Assembly (NCBI GenBank): GCA_964583825.1
Contig: CAZOXM010000009.1
Location: 6,538 to 70,537, forward strand
DNA: 64,000 nucleotides
Direction: 5' to 3'
Source of the DNA: an uncultured Granulosicoccaceae bacterium
GTDB taxonomy: Bacteria; Pseudomonadota; Gammaproteobacteria; Granulosicoccales; Granulosicoccaceae
Positions 37,955-47,698 of the stretch are shown in pieces. Under the pieces are notes generated by a model, which saw only the letters and a list, made by a program, of their open reading frames with translations, was not told the DNA's origin and ran no database searches. The position numbers and the translations under genes were made by a program. Numbering within the stretch: the stretch's first letter is position 1; each line of letters opens with the position of its first letter.

Positions 37955-38982
37955 CAGACAGATTAGACATTCGGGCGGCGATCGTCAGAGTAGTTGACGG
38001 TCAGGATCTGTCGCACGATGAAATGAAAAGTGCCATGCTGCAGATCATGTCCGGCGAGTGTGGTGACGCACAGATTGGTGGTTTTCTTTGTGCGCTGCGC
38101 AGTAAGGGAGAGACGGTTGAAGAGGTTGCCGCAGCCGCAGAAGTCATGCGTAAACTGGCCAGTGGAGTGCGGTGTCACAGTGCAGATCTTATTGATATCG
38201 TCGGTACCGGTGGTGATGGCGCCAGTACTTTCAACATTTCCACTACCAGTGCACTGGTTGCTGCAGCTGCGGGATTGAAGGTCGCCAAGCACGGCAATCG
38301 AGCAGTCTCAAGCAGTTCCGGTGCAGCCGATTTGCTGGAGGCTGCTGGGGTAAACATTGAACTGGACGCGGCGCAGGTGGCGCATTGCGTTGACGAGGTG
38401 GGCCTGGGTTTTATGTTTGCACCTCGTCATCACGGCGCGATGCGATATGCCATCGGTCCGCGTAAAGAACTTGGGATGCGAACTATTTTTAACGTACTCG
38501 GGCCACTGACCAATCCCGCTTCGGCACCGCGGCAGGTGATGGGGGTATACAGCAGTGAACTGGTGCAGCCGATGGCGGAGGTGCTTAACAAGCTCGGCAG
38601 TGAACGCGCCATGGTGGTGCATGGTGATGATGGTATGGACGAAATCAGCATAGCGGCGGATACACACGTTGCCGAATTAAATAAGGATGGTGTGGTGTCG
38701 GCCTATACGGTTTCTCCGAAAGACTTCGGTCTGCAGCGTTCTTCTATTGATGCGATCCGGGTGGCAGGTGCCGAAGAGAGCCTCGCTATGGTAAAACAAG
38801 TGCTCGACAACACCGATAACGCGGCACGCAGTATTGTTGCACTGAACGCCGGTGCGGCTATCTATGTGGGTGGCAAAGCCGATTCCCACCAGGCCGGTGT
38901 TGCGCTTGCGCTCGAGTTGATCGCCGATGGCAGTGCACGTGCAAAGCTTGCACAGCTGGTGGAATGCAGCAATGCGTTTTAG
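37951..38982 (+). CDS. trpD: Anthranilate phosphoribosyltransferase
   Basis: [18 protein letters not shown]...[22 protein letters not shown] overlap with trpG. Confidence 0.95.
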   Translation: MTDRLDIRAAIVRVVDGQDLSHDEMKSAMLQIMSGECGDAQIGGFLCALRSKGETVEEVAAAAEVMRKLASGVRCHSADLIDIVGTGGDGASTFNISTTSALVAAAAGLKVAKHGNRAVSSSSGAADLLEAAGVNIELDAAQVAHCVDEVGLGFMFAPRHHGAMRYAIGPRKELGMRTIFNVLGPLTNPASAPRQVMGVYSSELVQPMAEVLNKLGSERAMVVHGDDGMDEISIAADTHVAELNKDGVVSAYTVSPKDFGLQRSSIDAIRVAGAEESLAMVKQVLDNTDNAARSIVALNAGAAIYVGGKADSHQAGVALALELIADGSARAKLAQLVECSNAF

Positions 38983-39035
38983 TGCTGTCGACGCCCGGGT
39001 CAAACTGACAACCGTCCTTAGCGGGGTGCTTCCCT

Positions 39036-39842
39036 ATGTTGCATGACACGCCTGATGTATTAAAAAAAATACTGGCGCGAAAGGTTGAGGAAATCGCCGC
39101 CGCTTGTGAGACGGAGAGTCTGCAGGCACTTTCGCAACGCGCTGCGGATGCTTCAGCACCCAGGGGATTTGTCAGTGCCCTGCTGCGATCTGTGGAGCAG
39201 GGTCGGGCGGCTGTGATCGCCGAAATCAAAAAAGCCTCACCCAGTAAAGGTGTACTCAGGGAGCAATTCGATCCGGCGGCGATTGCCCGGAGTTACCGTG
39301 ACGGAGGGGCCAGCTGCCTTTCGGTGCTCACTGACCGCGACTTCTTTATGGGCAGCGCTGAAAACCTGCAACTGGCAAGAAATGCCTGCGATCTTCCGGT
39401 CATCAGAAAAGATTTCATCATCGATCCGTATCAGGTATACGAGGCGCGCGCGATGGGTGCCGATTGTATTTTGCTTATTGTGTCAGCGCTCGGTGATGCG
39501 GCTTTGCTTGAACTGAGCGGGCTGGCGCAACACCTCGATATGGACGTACTGATCGAAGTGCATGATGAAGCAGAACTGGAGCGGGCCCTGCAGCTCAACC
39601 CGCCACTGATCGGCATTAATAATCGGAATCTGAGAACCTTCGACGTCTCACTGCAAACCACCCTCGATATGCTGGATCGAATCCCCGAGGGATGTCTGAC
39701 GGTAACCGAAAGCGGCATACTGACCACGCAGGATGTCGACTTGATGCGACAGCACGGGGTGCATGCATTCCTGGTCGGTGAGGCTTTTATGCGCGCCACT
39801 TCACCGGGCGATAAGCTGCACGCGCTTTTTCACAGCCAATAA
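39036..39842 (+). CDS. trpC: Indole-3-glycerol-phosphate synthase
   Basis: [14 protein letters not shown]...SVLTD...[20 protein letters not shown]...[11 protein letters not shown]. Confidence 0.95.
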   Translation: MLHDTPDVLKKILARKVEEIAAACETESLQALSQRAADASAPRGFVSALLRSVEQGRAAVIAEIKKASPSKGVLREQFDPAAIARSYRDGGASCLSVLTDRDFFMGSAENLQLARNACDLPVIRKDFIIDPYQVYEARAMGADCILLIVSALGDAALLELSGLAQHLDMDVLIEVHDEAELERALQLNPPLIGINNRNLRTFDVSLQTTLDMLDRIPEGCLTVTESGILTTQDVDLMRQHGVHAFLVGEAFMRATSPGDKLHALFHSQ

Positions 39843-39845
39843 AAA

Positions 39846-39868
39846 AGCCCTCACGGGGAGGGCTTTTT
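39846..39868. terminator. Rho-independent terminator shared by the convergent trpC and crp
   Basis: agccctc-acggg-gagggct (7-bp GC-rich stem), flanked by an A-run upstream and TTTT downstream, so it works on both strands. Confidence 0.8.
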
Positions 39869-39888
39869 AATCACAAGTCCGGTCGCGT

Positions 39889-40527
39889 TTAGCGCGTGCC
39901 GTAAATCACCATGGTTTTACCGCGAGCGTGAATCAAACCGCGATCTTCAAGATCTTTCAAAACGCGTCCAACCATTTCTCTTGAGCATCCGACGATGCGT
40001 GCGATTTCCTGACGAGTAATGCGAATTTGCATGCCGTCCGGATGCGTAATTGAATCGGGTTGCTTGGCCAGGTCCAGCAGTGTGGAAGCAACTCTGCCAG
40101 TGACATCGAGGAATGCGAGGTCACGAACTTTGGTGCTGGTTTTACGCAGACGGGAGGCCAGCTGTGTGGACAGGGCGAACAGAATTTCCGGAGATTGATC
40201 TGCAAGTCGTTTGAACTGCTCGTAGTTTATTTCCGCCACTTCACACTTGTTGCGTGCAACAACCCATGCGCTGCGCTCACTTTCTTCGTCAAACAGACCC
40301 ATTTCACCGAAGAAGTCGCCATTGTTGAGATAGGCCAGTACAATTTCTCTGCCGTCATCGTCTTCAATAACGACGCTCACAGAGCCATCTACCATGTAGT
40401 AGAGTGTGTCCGGCTTGTCGCCGTGGTGAATAATGGTGGTCTTCGCCGGGTACTGACGCCGGTGACTGTTACGCAGAAGCGTCTCTAGCCATTCCGCTTT
40501 TTGTGGCGCATTTCGTGGTGGAAGCAT
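39889..40527 (-). CDS. crp: cAMP receptor protein (CRP/Vfr) global regulator, 212 aa
   Basis: cNMP-binding [47 protein letters not shown] at 40527 with aaagga RBS. Position next to trpC as for vfr in Pseudomonas. Confidence 0.9.
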   Translation of the reverse strand: MLPPRNAPQKAEWLETLLRNSHRRQYPAKTTIIHHGDKPDTLYYMVDGSVSVVIEDDDGREIVLAYLNNGDFFGEMGLFDEESERSAWVVARNKCEVAEINYEQFKRLADQSPEILFALSTQLASRLRKTSTKVRDLAFLDVTGRVASTLLDLAKQPDSITHPDGMQIRITRQEIARIVGCSREMVGRVLKDLEDRGLIHARGKTMVIYGTR

Positions 40528-40692
40528 TGATCCTTTTCTCCGCGTAATCTCTGCAGTATTTGTTCGTGGTTGGACAGAGCAATAATCGTTCACAGGGTGC
40601 TCCCTGGTTGACAATGCGCTCGAATTTTGTGAAATCGCGTTACTCGAGTTCTCATAAAACTGTTTTTTTGTGCAATCAGACGGGTTTATCAA

Positions 40693-41130
40693 ATGCAAGC
40701 AAGAGTTAAATGGCTCGATCACATGAGCTTCGTCGGAGAATCGGGCAGTGGTCATGCCCTCGTGCTGGACGGATCACCCGAACACGGCGGACGCAATCTT
40801 GGCGTCCGGCCAATGGAAGCCGTATTGATCGGGCTGGGAGGCTGTGCCGCCTTTGATGTAATGCTGATGCTGAAGAAGGGGCGTCAGGCGGTGGATGACT
40901 GCGAAGTACTGCTCGATGCCGAGCGCGCGGATGCGGTACCGGCGGTATTTGAGAAAATCCACCTGAAGTTCGTGGTGAGCGGCCGAGATTTATCGGAAAA
41001 GCAGGTCAATCGTGCGGTTTCTCTGTCGCTTGAAAAATACTGTTCCGTTACTAAAATGTTGGAGTCGACGGCGACGATCAGTCACGAAGTTGTGATCGAA
41101 GCGGCCAGATCCGGCGTCACAGGCGAATAA
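40693..41130 (+). CDS. OsmC/Ohr-family protein, 145 aa
   Basis: Two-cysteine OsmC pattern [10 protein letters not shown] ... [11 protein letters not shown]. Divergent from crp, as in pseudomonads. Confidence 0.85.
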   Translation: MQARVKWLDHMSFVGESGSGHALVLDGSPEHGGRNLGVRPMEAVLIGLGGCAAFDVMLMLKKGRQAVDDCEVLLDAERADAVPAVFEKIHLKFVVSGRDLSEKQVNRAVSLSLEKYCSVTKMLESTATISHEVVIEAARSGVTGE

Positions 41131-41272
41131 TTCCTGTGAAAAATATTCCATAATACGAGATAACTAGTTGTAAAATATGGTTTATTTGTAAAACGGCTGA
41201 GTTGCACCTGTCGCGTCTTAGGTGGTATTGTTAAGCCATAGATTTCCTCCTCCATCCTCCTAAGGTTGGTTA

Positions 41273-41300
41273 GACGCGGCCATCAGGCCGCGTCGCTTTA
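41273..41300 (+). terminator. Strong hairpin plus T-rich tail, 140 nt downstream of the OsmC-family stop
   Basis: gacgcggcc-atca-ggccgcgtc (perfect 9-bp stem, 41273-41294) followed by gctttaattt. Confidence 0.6.
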
Positions 41301-41388
41301 ATTTCCAGCAGTTTACGCGCAGTTTGTCCCTCCGAAACCGGCTTCACGCATCTCACACTGCCGCGCGCGAAATAGTCGGCGGAAATCC

Positions 41389-41417
41389 TTGTATAAGGCG
41401 CTCCCATCACCTAGAAT
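41389..41417 (+). promoter_or_regulatory. Candidate sigma70 promoter of rplM-rpsI
   Basis: TTGTAT (41389-41394), a 17-nt spacer, then TAGAAT (41412-41417), 47 nt upstream of the rplM ATG. GGAG RBS at 41455-41458. Confidence 0.55.
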
Positions 41418-41463
41418 GGAGGGCTTTTCCAAACAATATTCACCGCCCGTTTACGGAGTGCCC

Positions 41464-41895
41464 ATGAAAACCTTCAGCGCCAAACCGGCCGAGGTGAAGC
41501 GTCAGTGGTACGTCATTGACGCTGAAAACAAGCCGCTGGGTCGGCTCGCCAGTGAGTGCGCGCGCGTACTGCGTGGCAAGCACAAGCCCGAATATACGCC
41601 TCACGTCGACACCGGTGACTACATCGTTATCGTGAATGCAGACAAAGTGGCTGTCACCGGCAACAAAGCGAAAGACAAAATGTATCATCACCACACGGGA
41701 TACATCGGTAATCTTAAGTCCATCAGCTTTGAGAAGATGCAGGAAAAAGCGCCCGGGCGTGTTATCCGTCTGGCGGTTAAAGGTATGCTTCCCAAGAACG
41801 CTCTCGGTCGGGAAATGATCCGCAAGCTGAAAATTTATCCCGGCACTGAACACCGTCACGCGGCGCAAACGCCACAGCCTCTGGAAATCAGGTAG
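41464..41895 (+). CDS. rplM: 50S ribosomal protein L13
   Basis: [30 protein letters not shown]...[10 protein letters not shown]. 143 aa. Confidence 0.95.
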   Translation: MKTFSAKPAEVKRQWYVIDAENKPLGRLASECARVLRGKHKPEYTPHVDTGDYIVIVNADKVAVTGNKAKDKMYHHHTGYIGNLKSISFEKMQEKAPGRVIRLAVKGMLPKNALGREMIRKLKIYPGTEHRHAAQTPQPLEIR

Positions 41896-41904
41896 GTACA
41901 GCAC

Positions 41905-42297
41905 ATGGCTCAGCAACATTACTACGGAACCGGACGCCGCAAGACTTCCAGCGCTCGCGTATTTATGCAAACCGGTAAAGGCACTATTACGGTCAACAAA
42001 AGACCACTTGATGAGTACTTTGGTCGGGAAACCGCACGAATGATCGTCCGACAGCCGCTGGAAACGCTGGAACTGACGGACAAGTTCGACTTCAACATAA
42101 CGGTTGCCGGTGGTGGTGGCAGCGGGCAGGCCGGCGCCATTCGCCACGGCATTGCGCGTGCGTTGTTGAAGTATGACGAAGAACTGCGCGGCGACCTGCG
42201 ACGTGCCGGCTTCCTCACCCGCGATGCACGTGAGGTTGAGCGAAAGAAAGTCGGTCTGCGCAAGGCCAGACGCGCGACGCAGTTCTCCAAGCGCTAG
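41905..42297 (+). CDS. rpsI: 30S ribosomal protein S9
   Basis: [15 protein letters not shown]...[19 protein letters not shown]...[26 protein letters not shown]. Confidence 0.95.
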   Translation: MAQQHYYGTGRRKTSSARVFMQTGKGTITVNKRPLDEYFGRETARMIVRQPLETLELTDKFDFNITVAGGGGSGQAGAIRHGIARALLKYDEELRGDLRRAGFLTRDAREVERKKVGLRKARRATQFSKR

Positions 42298-42327
42298 CGT
42301 TCTTCAAAGCAGTACAGAAAAACGAAA

Positions 42328-42354
42328 AGCCCGCACGCAGCGGGCTTTTTTTTT
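42328..42354. terminator. Rho-independent terminator after rpsI, abutting the stop of the convergent VWA gene
   Basis: agcccgc-acgca-gcgggct followed by a 9-T run, with an A-run upstream. Confidence 0.85.
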
Positions 42355-43508
42355 CAGTATGAAAAAGCAGGAGCAAGGTCCTGCAGCGCATCCAGGCTAT
42401 GTGCACTCGCATACAAATCCAGGTATGGAACCACGAGCTTCATGCCGCGCTCTACAGGCAAGTCTGTCGGCGGCCCGCTGTCCCTGCCGAGTAGCGGATT
42501 CACCCACACCAGTTTGCGGCATTGTCTCTTGATGATTTGTACCTGTTCCAGCAGGTTGTAAGGGTCACCGCTGTCGTATCCATCGCTGAAGATCATCACA
42601 ATTGTCTTTCGAGTGACCAGGTTGCGGGTCGAGGTTTGATTGAATTCTCTGAGCGATTCGGCGATTTTTGTTCCGCCCAGCCAGCCGGTCGACAGGTTTT
42701 TCAGTTTTTGCTCAAGCTTTACGCTGCTCTTTTCCTTTAGCTCGGCGCTTATGCACACCAGATCCGTATGAAACGCAAATGCATCGCTTTGCTGAAATCG
42801 TTGTGACAAGCCTCTGGCAAATCGCAGGAACAGGTAACTGTACACTTCCATCGACTGACTGACATCGAGCAGTAGCAATAGCCGGGCAGGCGTCTGGCGG
42901 TGCCGGCGATATGCGAGTTCAAACGCCCAGCCGTCATAGCGCAGACTTTGTCTGCAGGTTCTGCGCAGATCGAGTTGTCTGCCGGTGCGCGAATGACGAT
43001 ATCGGCGTTTCTTTCTCTTTTTCATTCGCCTTGCAATTTCATCGATCGCCAGTTCGATCCGGTGCATATCGTTCGGGTTAAAGACAAAGCGGAAGTCTCG
43101 TTGTGCCAAAACCTTCGAATCGCTCGCTCCACCTCCGCTGGTATCGGTCTGTGATTCGAACGAAGCAGCAACATTGGCTGCCTGCGTTTCAGAAAAATAA
43201 CCCAGTCCGGACGTCAGTCCGCCTGATAACTGCTGCTCAGCCTCGGGTGTATCGGTGTCATTATCGTTGCTGCCCGGCAGCCAGTAGCGTTCGAATAACA
43301 CAGGGAACTCATTCCACTCTTTTCGAGACTGACAGAAAACTGCACGCAGTGCGCTGTGCAGGGTCTCGCGACTTTGAAGTGCTGTGGTACAGAAAATCTG
43401 GTGTGCGAGACTCAGATTGGACGCATTGATGGCGTAGCCTTGCGCGCGCAGGAGATCCGCAAAGCCGATCAGGCGGTGCTGCAGTTTTAGTGGTGGTGCG
43501 TCGGTCAC
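42354..43508 (-). CDS. VWA-domain protein, CoxE-like, 384 aa
   Basis: N-terminal LIGFADLLRAQGYAI... typical of CoxE-type proteins. MIDAS DVSQSM ... GGTKI ... FSDGYDSG. Confidence 0.8.
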   Translation of the reverse strand: MTDAPPLKLQHRLIGFADLLRAQGYAINASNLSLAHQIFCTTALQSRETLHSALRAVFCQSRKEWNEFPVLFERYWLPGSNDNDTDTPEAEQQLSGGLTSGLGYFSETQAANVAASFESQTDTSGGGASDSKVLAQRDFRFVFNPNDMHRIELAIDEIARRMKKRKKRRYRHSRTGRQLDLRRTCRQSLRYDGWAFELAYRRHRQTPARLLLLLDVSQSMEVYSYLFLRFARGLSQRFQQSDAFAFHTDLVCISAELKEKSSVKLEQKLKNLSTGWLGGTKIAESLREFNQTSTRNLVTRKTIVMIFSDGYDSGDPYNLLEQVQIIKRQCRKLVWVNPLLGRDSGPPTDLPVERGMKLVVPYLDLYASAHSLDALQDLAPAFSY

Positions 43509-43640
43509 GACGGAGTTGTCTCAACGAGTGCGGCGACCTTACTGTGTTTGCGCCGGCACTTGCGATCGATGTACGCCGACGTGCCAGTGGCGATCTTCGT
43601 GTGACCCGCACAAAGCGGGGTAGAACACGTTGCCGGCATG

Positions 43641-44528
43641 CTATTCACTGCCCGGTTCTTCGCCAATCATGCGTCGTATAAAGTCACCATCGGCAAGCTC
43701 CAGATCATTGCGGGTTTTTAACAGGCAGCCGAGCGATGCTTCAATTTCGCTCAGCGACCCCGCCAGCTCTGTCACCTGCATTTGCATCAGCGCGGCAGCC
43801 CAGTCGAGCGTCTCGGCCACTCCGGGTGTTTTTTTCAAATGCTCGTTGCGAAGATTTTGTACAAACCCGACTATCGATGTGGTCAGTTGCCTGTTGAGAT
43901 CCGGAATTTGTTTTTTCAGGATGCTCTCTTCTTTATGTCGGTCCGGGTAGTCAACGAAATGGTAGAGGCAGCGCCGGCGCAGTGCATCGCTCAGCTCTCG
44001 TGTAGCGTTGGAGGTCAGAATCACGTGCGGCACATGGCTTGCGGTCACCGTGCCGAGTTCCGGTATAGTGATTTGAAAGTCCGCCAGTACCTCGAGTAAA
44101 AATGCTTCAAACTCGTCGTCGGCCCGGTCAATTTCATCGATGAGCAATACCACCGGTTTTTCCGCGGTAATGGCAGCAAGTAGCGGTCGGGGTAACAGAT
44201 AGTCTTTGCTGAAAATTTTCTGTTCAAGTGCTTCGGCGCTAATCCCCTGGGTTTCCTGCAGGCGAATACTCATTAACTGTTTTTGATAGTTCCATTCGTA
44301 CAACGCGGTGCTTACATCGAGTCCTTCGTAGCACTGTAGTCGAATCAGTTCGAATTGTGTGGCATCTGCCAGCGCCTGTGCTACGGCGGTTTTTCCGACC
44401 CCGGCGTCACCTTCAAGCAGTACTGGTCGCCTGAGTGTGGTGGCCAGATACAGCACCGTACCGAGTTCAGGGTCGGCGACATATCCGACTGATGACAAGT
44501 CTTTAAGTAGATGTTCGATCGCTTGCAT
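43641..44528 (-). CDS. MoxR-class AAA+ ATPase (CoxD-like), about 295 aa
   Basis: Walker A LLEGDAGVGKT, Walker B VLLIDEIDRADDEFEAFLLEVL, ILTSNATREL. ATG 44528 is preferred over the TTG at 44588 used by the ORF track. Confidence 0.85.
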   Translation of the reverse strand: MQAIEHLLKDLSSVGYVADPELGTVLYLATTLRRPVLLEGDAGVGKTAVAQALADATQFELIRLQCYEGLDVSTALYEWNYQKQLMSIRLQETQGISAEALEQKIFSKDYLLPRPLLAAITAEKPVVLLIDEIDRADDEFEAFLLEVLADFQITIPELGTVTASHVPHVILTSNATRELSDALRRRCLYHFVDYPDRHKEESILKKQIPDLNRQLTTSIVGFVQNLRNEHLKKTPGVAETLDWAAALMQMQVTELAGSLSEIEASLGCLLKTRNDLELADGDFIRRMIGEEPGSE

Positions 44529-44887
44529 ATTTAGCTTTCGGGTATTGGAAGATCGCCGTGACACTTCAGTGTGTTGGTGCGAAGACAAGTGTGAATAACA
44601 GTGACAACGATACGACAGGGCAGACTGTGTAGCAAATTTCCCTGAAAAAGAGACGGAATTGGCGAAAGCAGGCCGACATGGGTCGCAGCACGCAAATGCC
44701 GGGAACGGATCAATAGAATGCCTGTTAAATGTCGACAGATAGGCGTAGGTGAGCGCGAGTATCGATCGTTATTTTGTCGGTATAAAAAAAATGGTACGAC
44801 TTATATTGTGCGGATTTCGTATCAGCAAGCACCTTCAGGAAAGGGCAGGTACGTTAGGGACTCATTCAGCACTGATACACCGACTAT

Positions 44888-47677
44888 ATGATTTTATACA
44901 GAGGCTTTACAGGTAAAGCCGCAGCCGTATTTTGTGTGGCTGCGATAATTTTTATCGGCTTATATTATTCTTTTGTTGCAAGCTTAAACCGGCAAAAGCA
45001 GGAATTCAGAGCCGATGCGGTAGCCGTTTCTGCATCTTACCGAAGCGCCATGGATGTGGTGGATGGTATTGCCACTTCACTCAGTGCGCTCCAGATCGGA
45101 CGGCCGGAATCGCAGATCTCCTTCGCTCAAAAGCTAATTGACAGCTACCCATACCTGTACGGCTTCGGCCGGTTCGGCAGTCTTCATGGCAGTGCACTTA
45201 CGGATTCGGTCCTGAATCAATCGTCCTACGATATCGAGGGAGGGTCATCGGTCTGGTGGCTTGATAGCACCGGTACACCGGTGACCGCAGCACAGGCGCT
45301 CAACGCCAACCCGATTGCGCTGGAGCAGAGACAGCTTTATCCGGTGACGACTTATTATCAGCCTTCGACGGTAGCGAGCGATCGCGTTCAGGAGGATATT
45401 AAGGGCTATGATCTCGGTTCCGCAAGCGAACTAAATCGAGCGGTGAAAAGTGCAGCAAGACTGGGAAAAACTGAGATTGTCAGTGGATCAGTCGGTCGGT
45501 CAGATGCAAATAATGTGTTTGCAATTAGAAGTTTCTATCGTGGCGGCGTAATGCCGCACAAATTCAACGAGCGCCTGGAAGCGATGGCGGGTGGTTACTG
45601 GCTGGAGATTAATTTTAACGAACTGGGTTTGTCGCCTGATCTAATGCAGACCATCGGTATTTCGCTTAAATTGATCGATGGTGAGTCGGAATTTCTGGCT
45701 GATCATTCCACGGTACTGCATAGCAGGCAGATGCCGGAATCCGAGTTGTTGTTTTCAAGCTGGCTCGACCCGAACGAGTGGATCAGTTCCTTCCAGGTAG
45801 CTGATAAAACCTTCACGATCAGTTTGTCTCAGAACAGAGGTATGACGCTCGAGTCATTCCTCGCCTGGCTCTTTGCTGTGGCAATGTTGCTGTCTATTGT
45901 GTTCGCGATTGTCGCTTTGAACACCAACCGGCTAAAGGCAGTCAGAAAACAACGCCAGCAGAGCAGAAAGCTCTTTTTAGAGCAACAGCGGGCAGCGGTT
46001 ACCTTGCTGCATATTGGCGATGCTGTGATAAGCACAGATATTGATGGCAACATTCAATATGCCAACAAAGCGGCCTCCGAGATGCTGGAGGTGGACGCTG
46101 AGGAAATTATTGGCAGTCCCGTCCAATCGATATTCAGAGCTGCATCTGATCTGAGCCAGCGGGTAGATGACTCACCGGATCGTTTCGGGGCGGACTATTA
46201 TCTCAGTGATCAAGTGATCAGCAGTGACCGTTATTTACTCGGTCTGGACGGTCATCGCGTAGCGGTAAACGAGACAGTATCGCCAGTACATGATGCCGAT
46301 GGAACGCGCATCGGAAGTGTGGTGGTGTTGCGTGACGTCACTGCAGAGAAAAAGCTGACAGAACAGCTTGAGCACCAGATAAACCACGACCCGCTGACCG
46401 GACTCGCCAATCGGCTGAATTTTGAAAAGCGTATGCGCGCTTTGTTCGATGAGGCCGTAAGTGATTCCGCCGGGCATGCACTTTGTCAGATTGATCTCGA
46501 TCGGTTTAAGCAGGTAAACGACACCTGTGGTCATGCGGCAGGGGACGAACTTTTAAATGAACTGTCCACAGCGCTCTCTGAGCGTACACGGTCTGAAGAT
46601 CTACTGGCGAGGCTGGGTGGTGACGAGTTTGCCGTGGTCATTGAAAATTGCGATCTGGATGCCGCCCGGAGTCTCGCGAATCGGCTCCATCGTTTTTTTA
46701 ACAATTATCATTTCGAATACGATGACAAGGTGTTTCCGGTGCGTGGCAGCATCGGGCTTGTGCACTTCGACCCGTCCGTGGTTGATTTTACTGCCGTGAC
46801 CTCGGCGGCTGATGCAGCTTGCTACAAGGCAAAGCACGGTGGCAGAAACAATGTGTACGTATACTCGGAGGACGACTGGTCGGCCACTGACAACGATGCG
46901 GGCGAAAACTGGTTGCCAAAGCTTGAGCAGGCAATCCGCAGCGACGGATTTGTCGTGCATCTGCAGCCCATCGTGTCGGCCCAAAGTGGTCAGTTGGCAC
47001 CTACCGGACTGCACGAGTGTTTTGTACGCATGAAAGACCCGGACGACGACACTAACCTCTACTATCCTGCACACTTTATGAAGTCGGCACAACGATTCGG
47101 GTTGGCGGCGGATATTGATCGCCGGGTGATCACATCAACGTTCGAATTTATTGCTGCGCTGCCACAGAGTTATGCGGCTCAATGCTTCTCGATTAATCTC
47201 TCCGCCGCCTCTATCGAGCAAGAGGATTTTATGGGGTTTCTGGAGAACCAATTACTCAGGCACTCGATTTCGGGCTCGAGACTGTGTTTTGAACTCACCG
47301 AGGAAACAGTGCTTAATAATTTTGATGCGGCAAAGACAGCAATCAAAAAACTGCGGATGCGCGGTTGTAAGGTAGCACTTGACGATTTTGGTGCCGGGGT
47401 GAGTGCACTCGCAACGCTGCGGGGACTCAAGATAGATTTTTTAAAGATCGATGGTCAATTTACGATGCACGTCGACAGGTCCTCCGCGGACGAGTGCCTG
47501 GTCCGGTCTATTAACCGCTTTGCAAAAGAAATGGGGTTCAGAACGATTGCGGAAAAAGTGGAATCGCAGTCGGCCTGTGATCTGCTGGTCGAAATCGGTG
47601 TGGACTACATTCAGGGTTATGTCGCTGGCCGCCCCGAGCCAATGAGCAACTACTTCCGTTACGCTGATGCAGCGTAA
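44888..47677 (+). CDS. Membrane sensor with large periplasmic domain, PAS, GGDEF and EAL domains, 929 aa
   Basis: TM1 AAVFCVAAIIFIGLYYSF, ~300-aa loop, TM2 LAWLFAVAMLLSIVFAIVAL. PAS LLHIGDAVISTDIDGNIQYAN. GGDEF with I-site (RSEDLLARLGGDEF). EAL domain with ECFVR, ELTE, DDFGAG, KIDGQF, EKVES, QGY. Confidence 0.9.
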   Translation: MILYRGFTGKAAAVFCVAAIIFIGLYYSFVASLNRQKQEFRADAVAVSASYRSAMDVVDGIATSLSALQIGRPESQISFAQKLIDSYPYLYGFGRFGSLHGSALTDSVLNQSSYDIEGGSSVWWLDSTGTPVTAAQALNANPIALEQRQLYPVTTYYQPSTVASDRVQEDIKGYDLGSASELNRAVKSAARLGKTEIVSGSVGRSDANNVFAIRSFYRGGVMPHKFNERLEAMAGGYWLEINFNELGLSPDLMQTIGISLKLIDGESEFLADHSTVLHSRQMPESELLFSSWLDPNEWISSFQVADKTFTISLSQNRGMTLESFLAWLFAVAMLLSIVFAIVALNTNRLKAVRKQRQQSRKLFLEQQRAAVTLLHIGDAVISTDIDGNIQYANKAASEMLEVDAEEIIGSPVQSIFRAASDLSQRVDDSPDRFGADYYLSDQVISSDRYLLGLDGHRVAVNETVSPVHDADGTRIGSVVVLRDVTAEKKLTEQLEHQINHDPLTGLANRLNFEKRMRALFDEAVSDSAGHALCQIDLDRFKQVNDTCGHAAGDELLNELSTALSERTRSEDLLARLGGDEFAVVIENCDLDAARSLANRLHRFFNNYHFEYDDKVFPVRGSIGLVHFDPSVVDFTAVTSAADAACYKAKHGGRNNVYVYSEDDWSATDNDAGENWLPKLEQAIRSDGFVVHLQPIVSAQSGQLAPTGLHECFVRMKDPDDDTNLYYPAHFMKSAQRFGLAADIDRRVITSTFEFIAALPQSYAAQCFSINLSAASIEQEDFMGFLENQLLRHSISGSRLCFELTEETVLNNFDAAKTAIKKLRMRGCKVALDDFGAGVSALATLRGLKIDFLKIDGQFTMHVDRSSADECLVRSINRFAKEMGFRTIAEKVESQSACDLLVEIGVDYIQGYVAGRPEPMSNYFRYADAA

Positions 47678-47698
47678 CCGCGCTGTCTAAAATTCGCG

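Noticed and set aside
40528-40755. 76-codon upstream extension of crp
   Set aside because: It would overlap the divergent OsmC-family gene. CRP/Vfr homology and a good RBS begin at ATG 40527.
41440-42147. 235-aa minus-strand ORF
   Set aside because: Antisense to the unmistakable rplM and rpsI genes.
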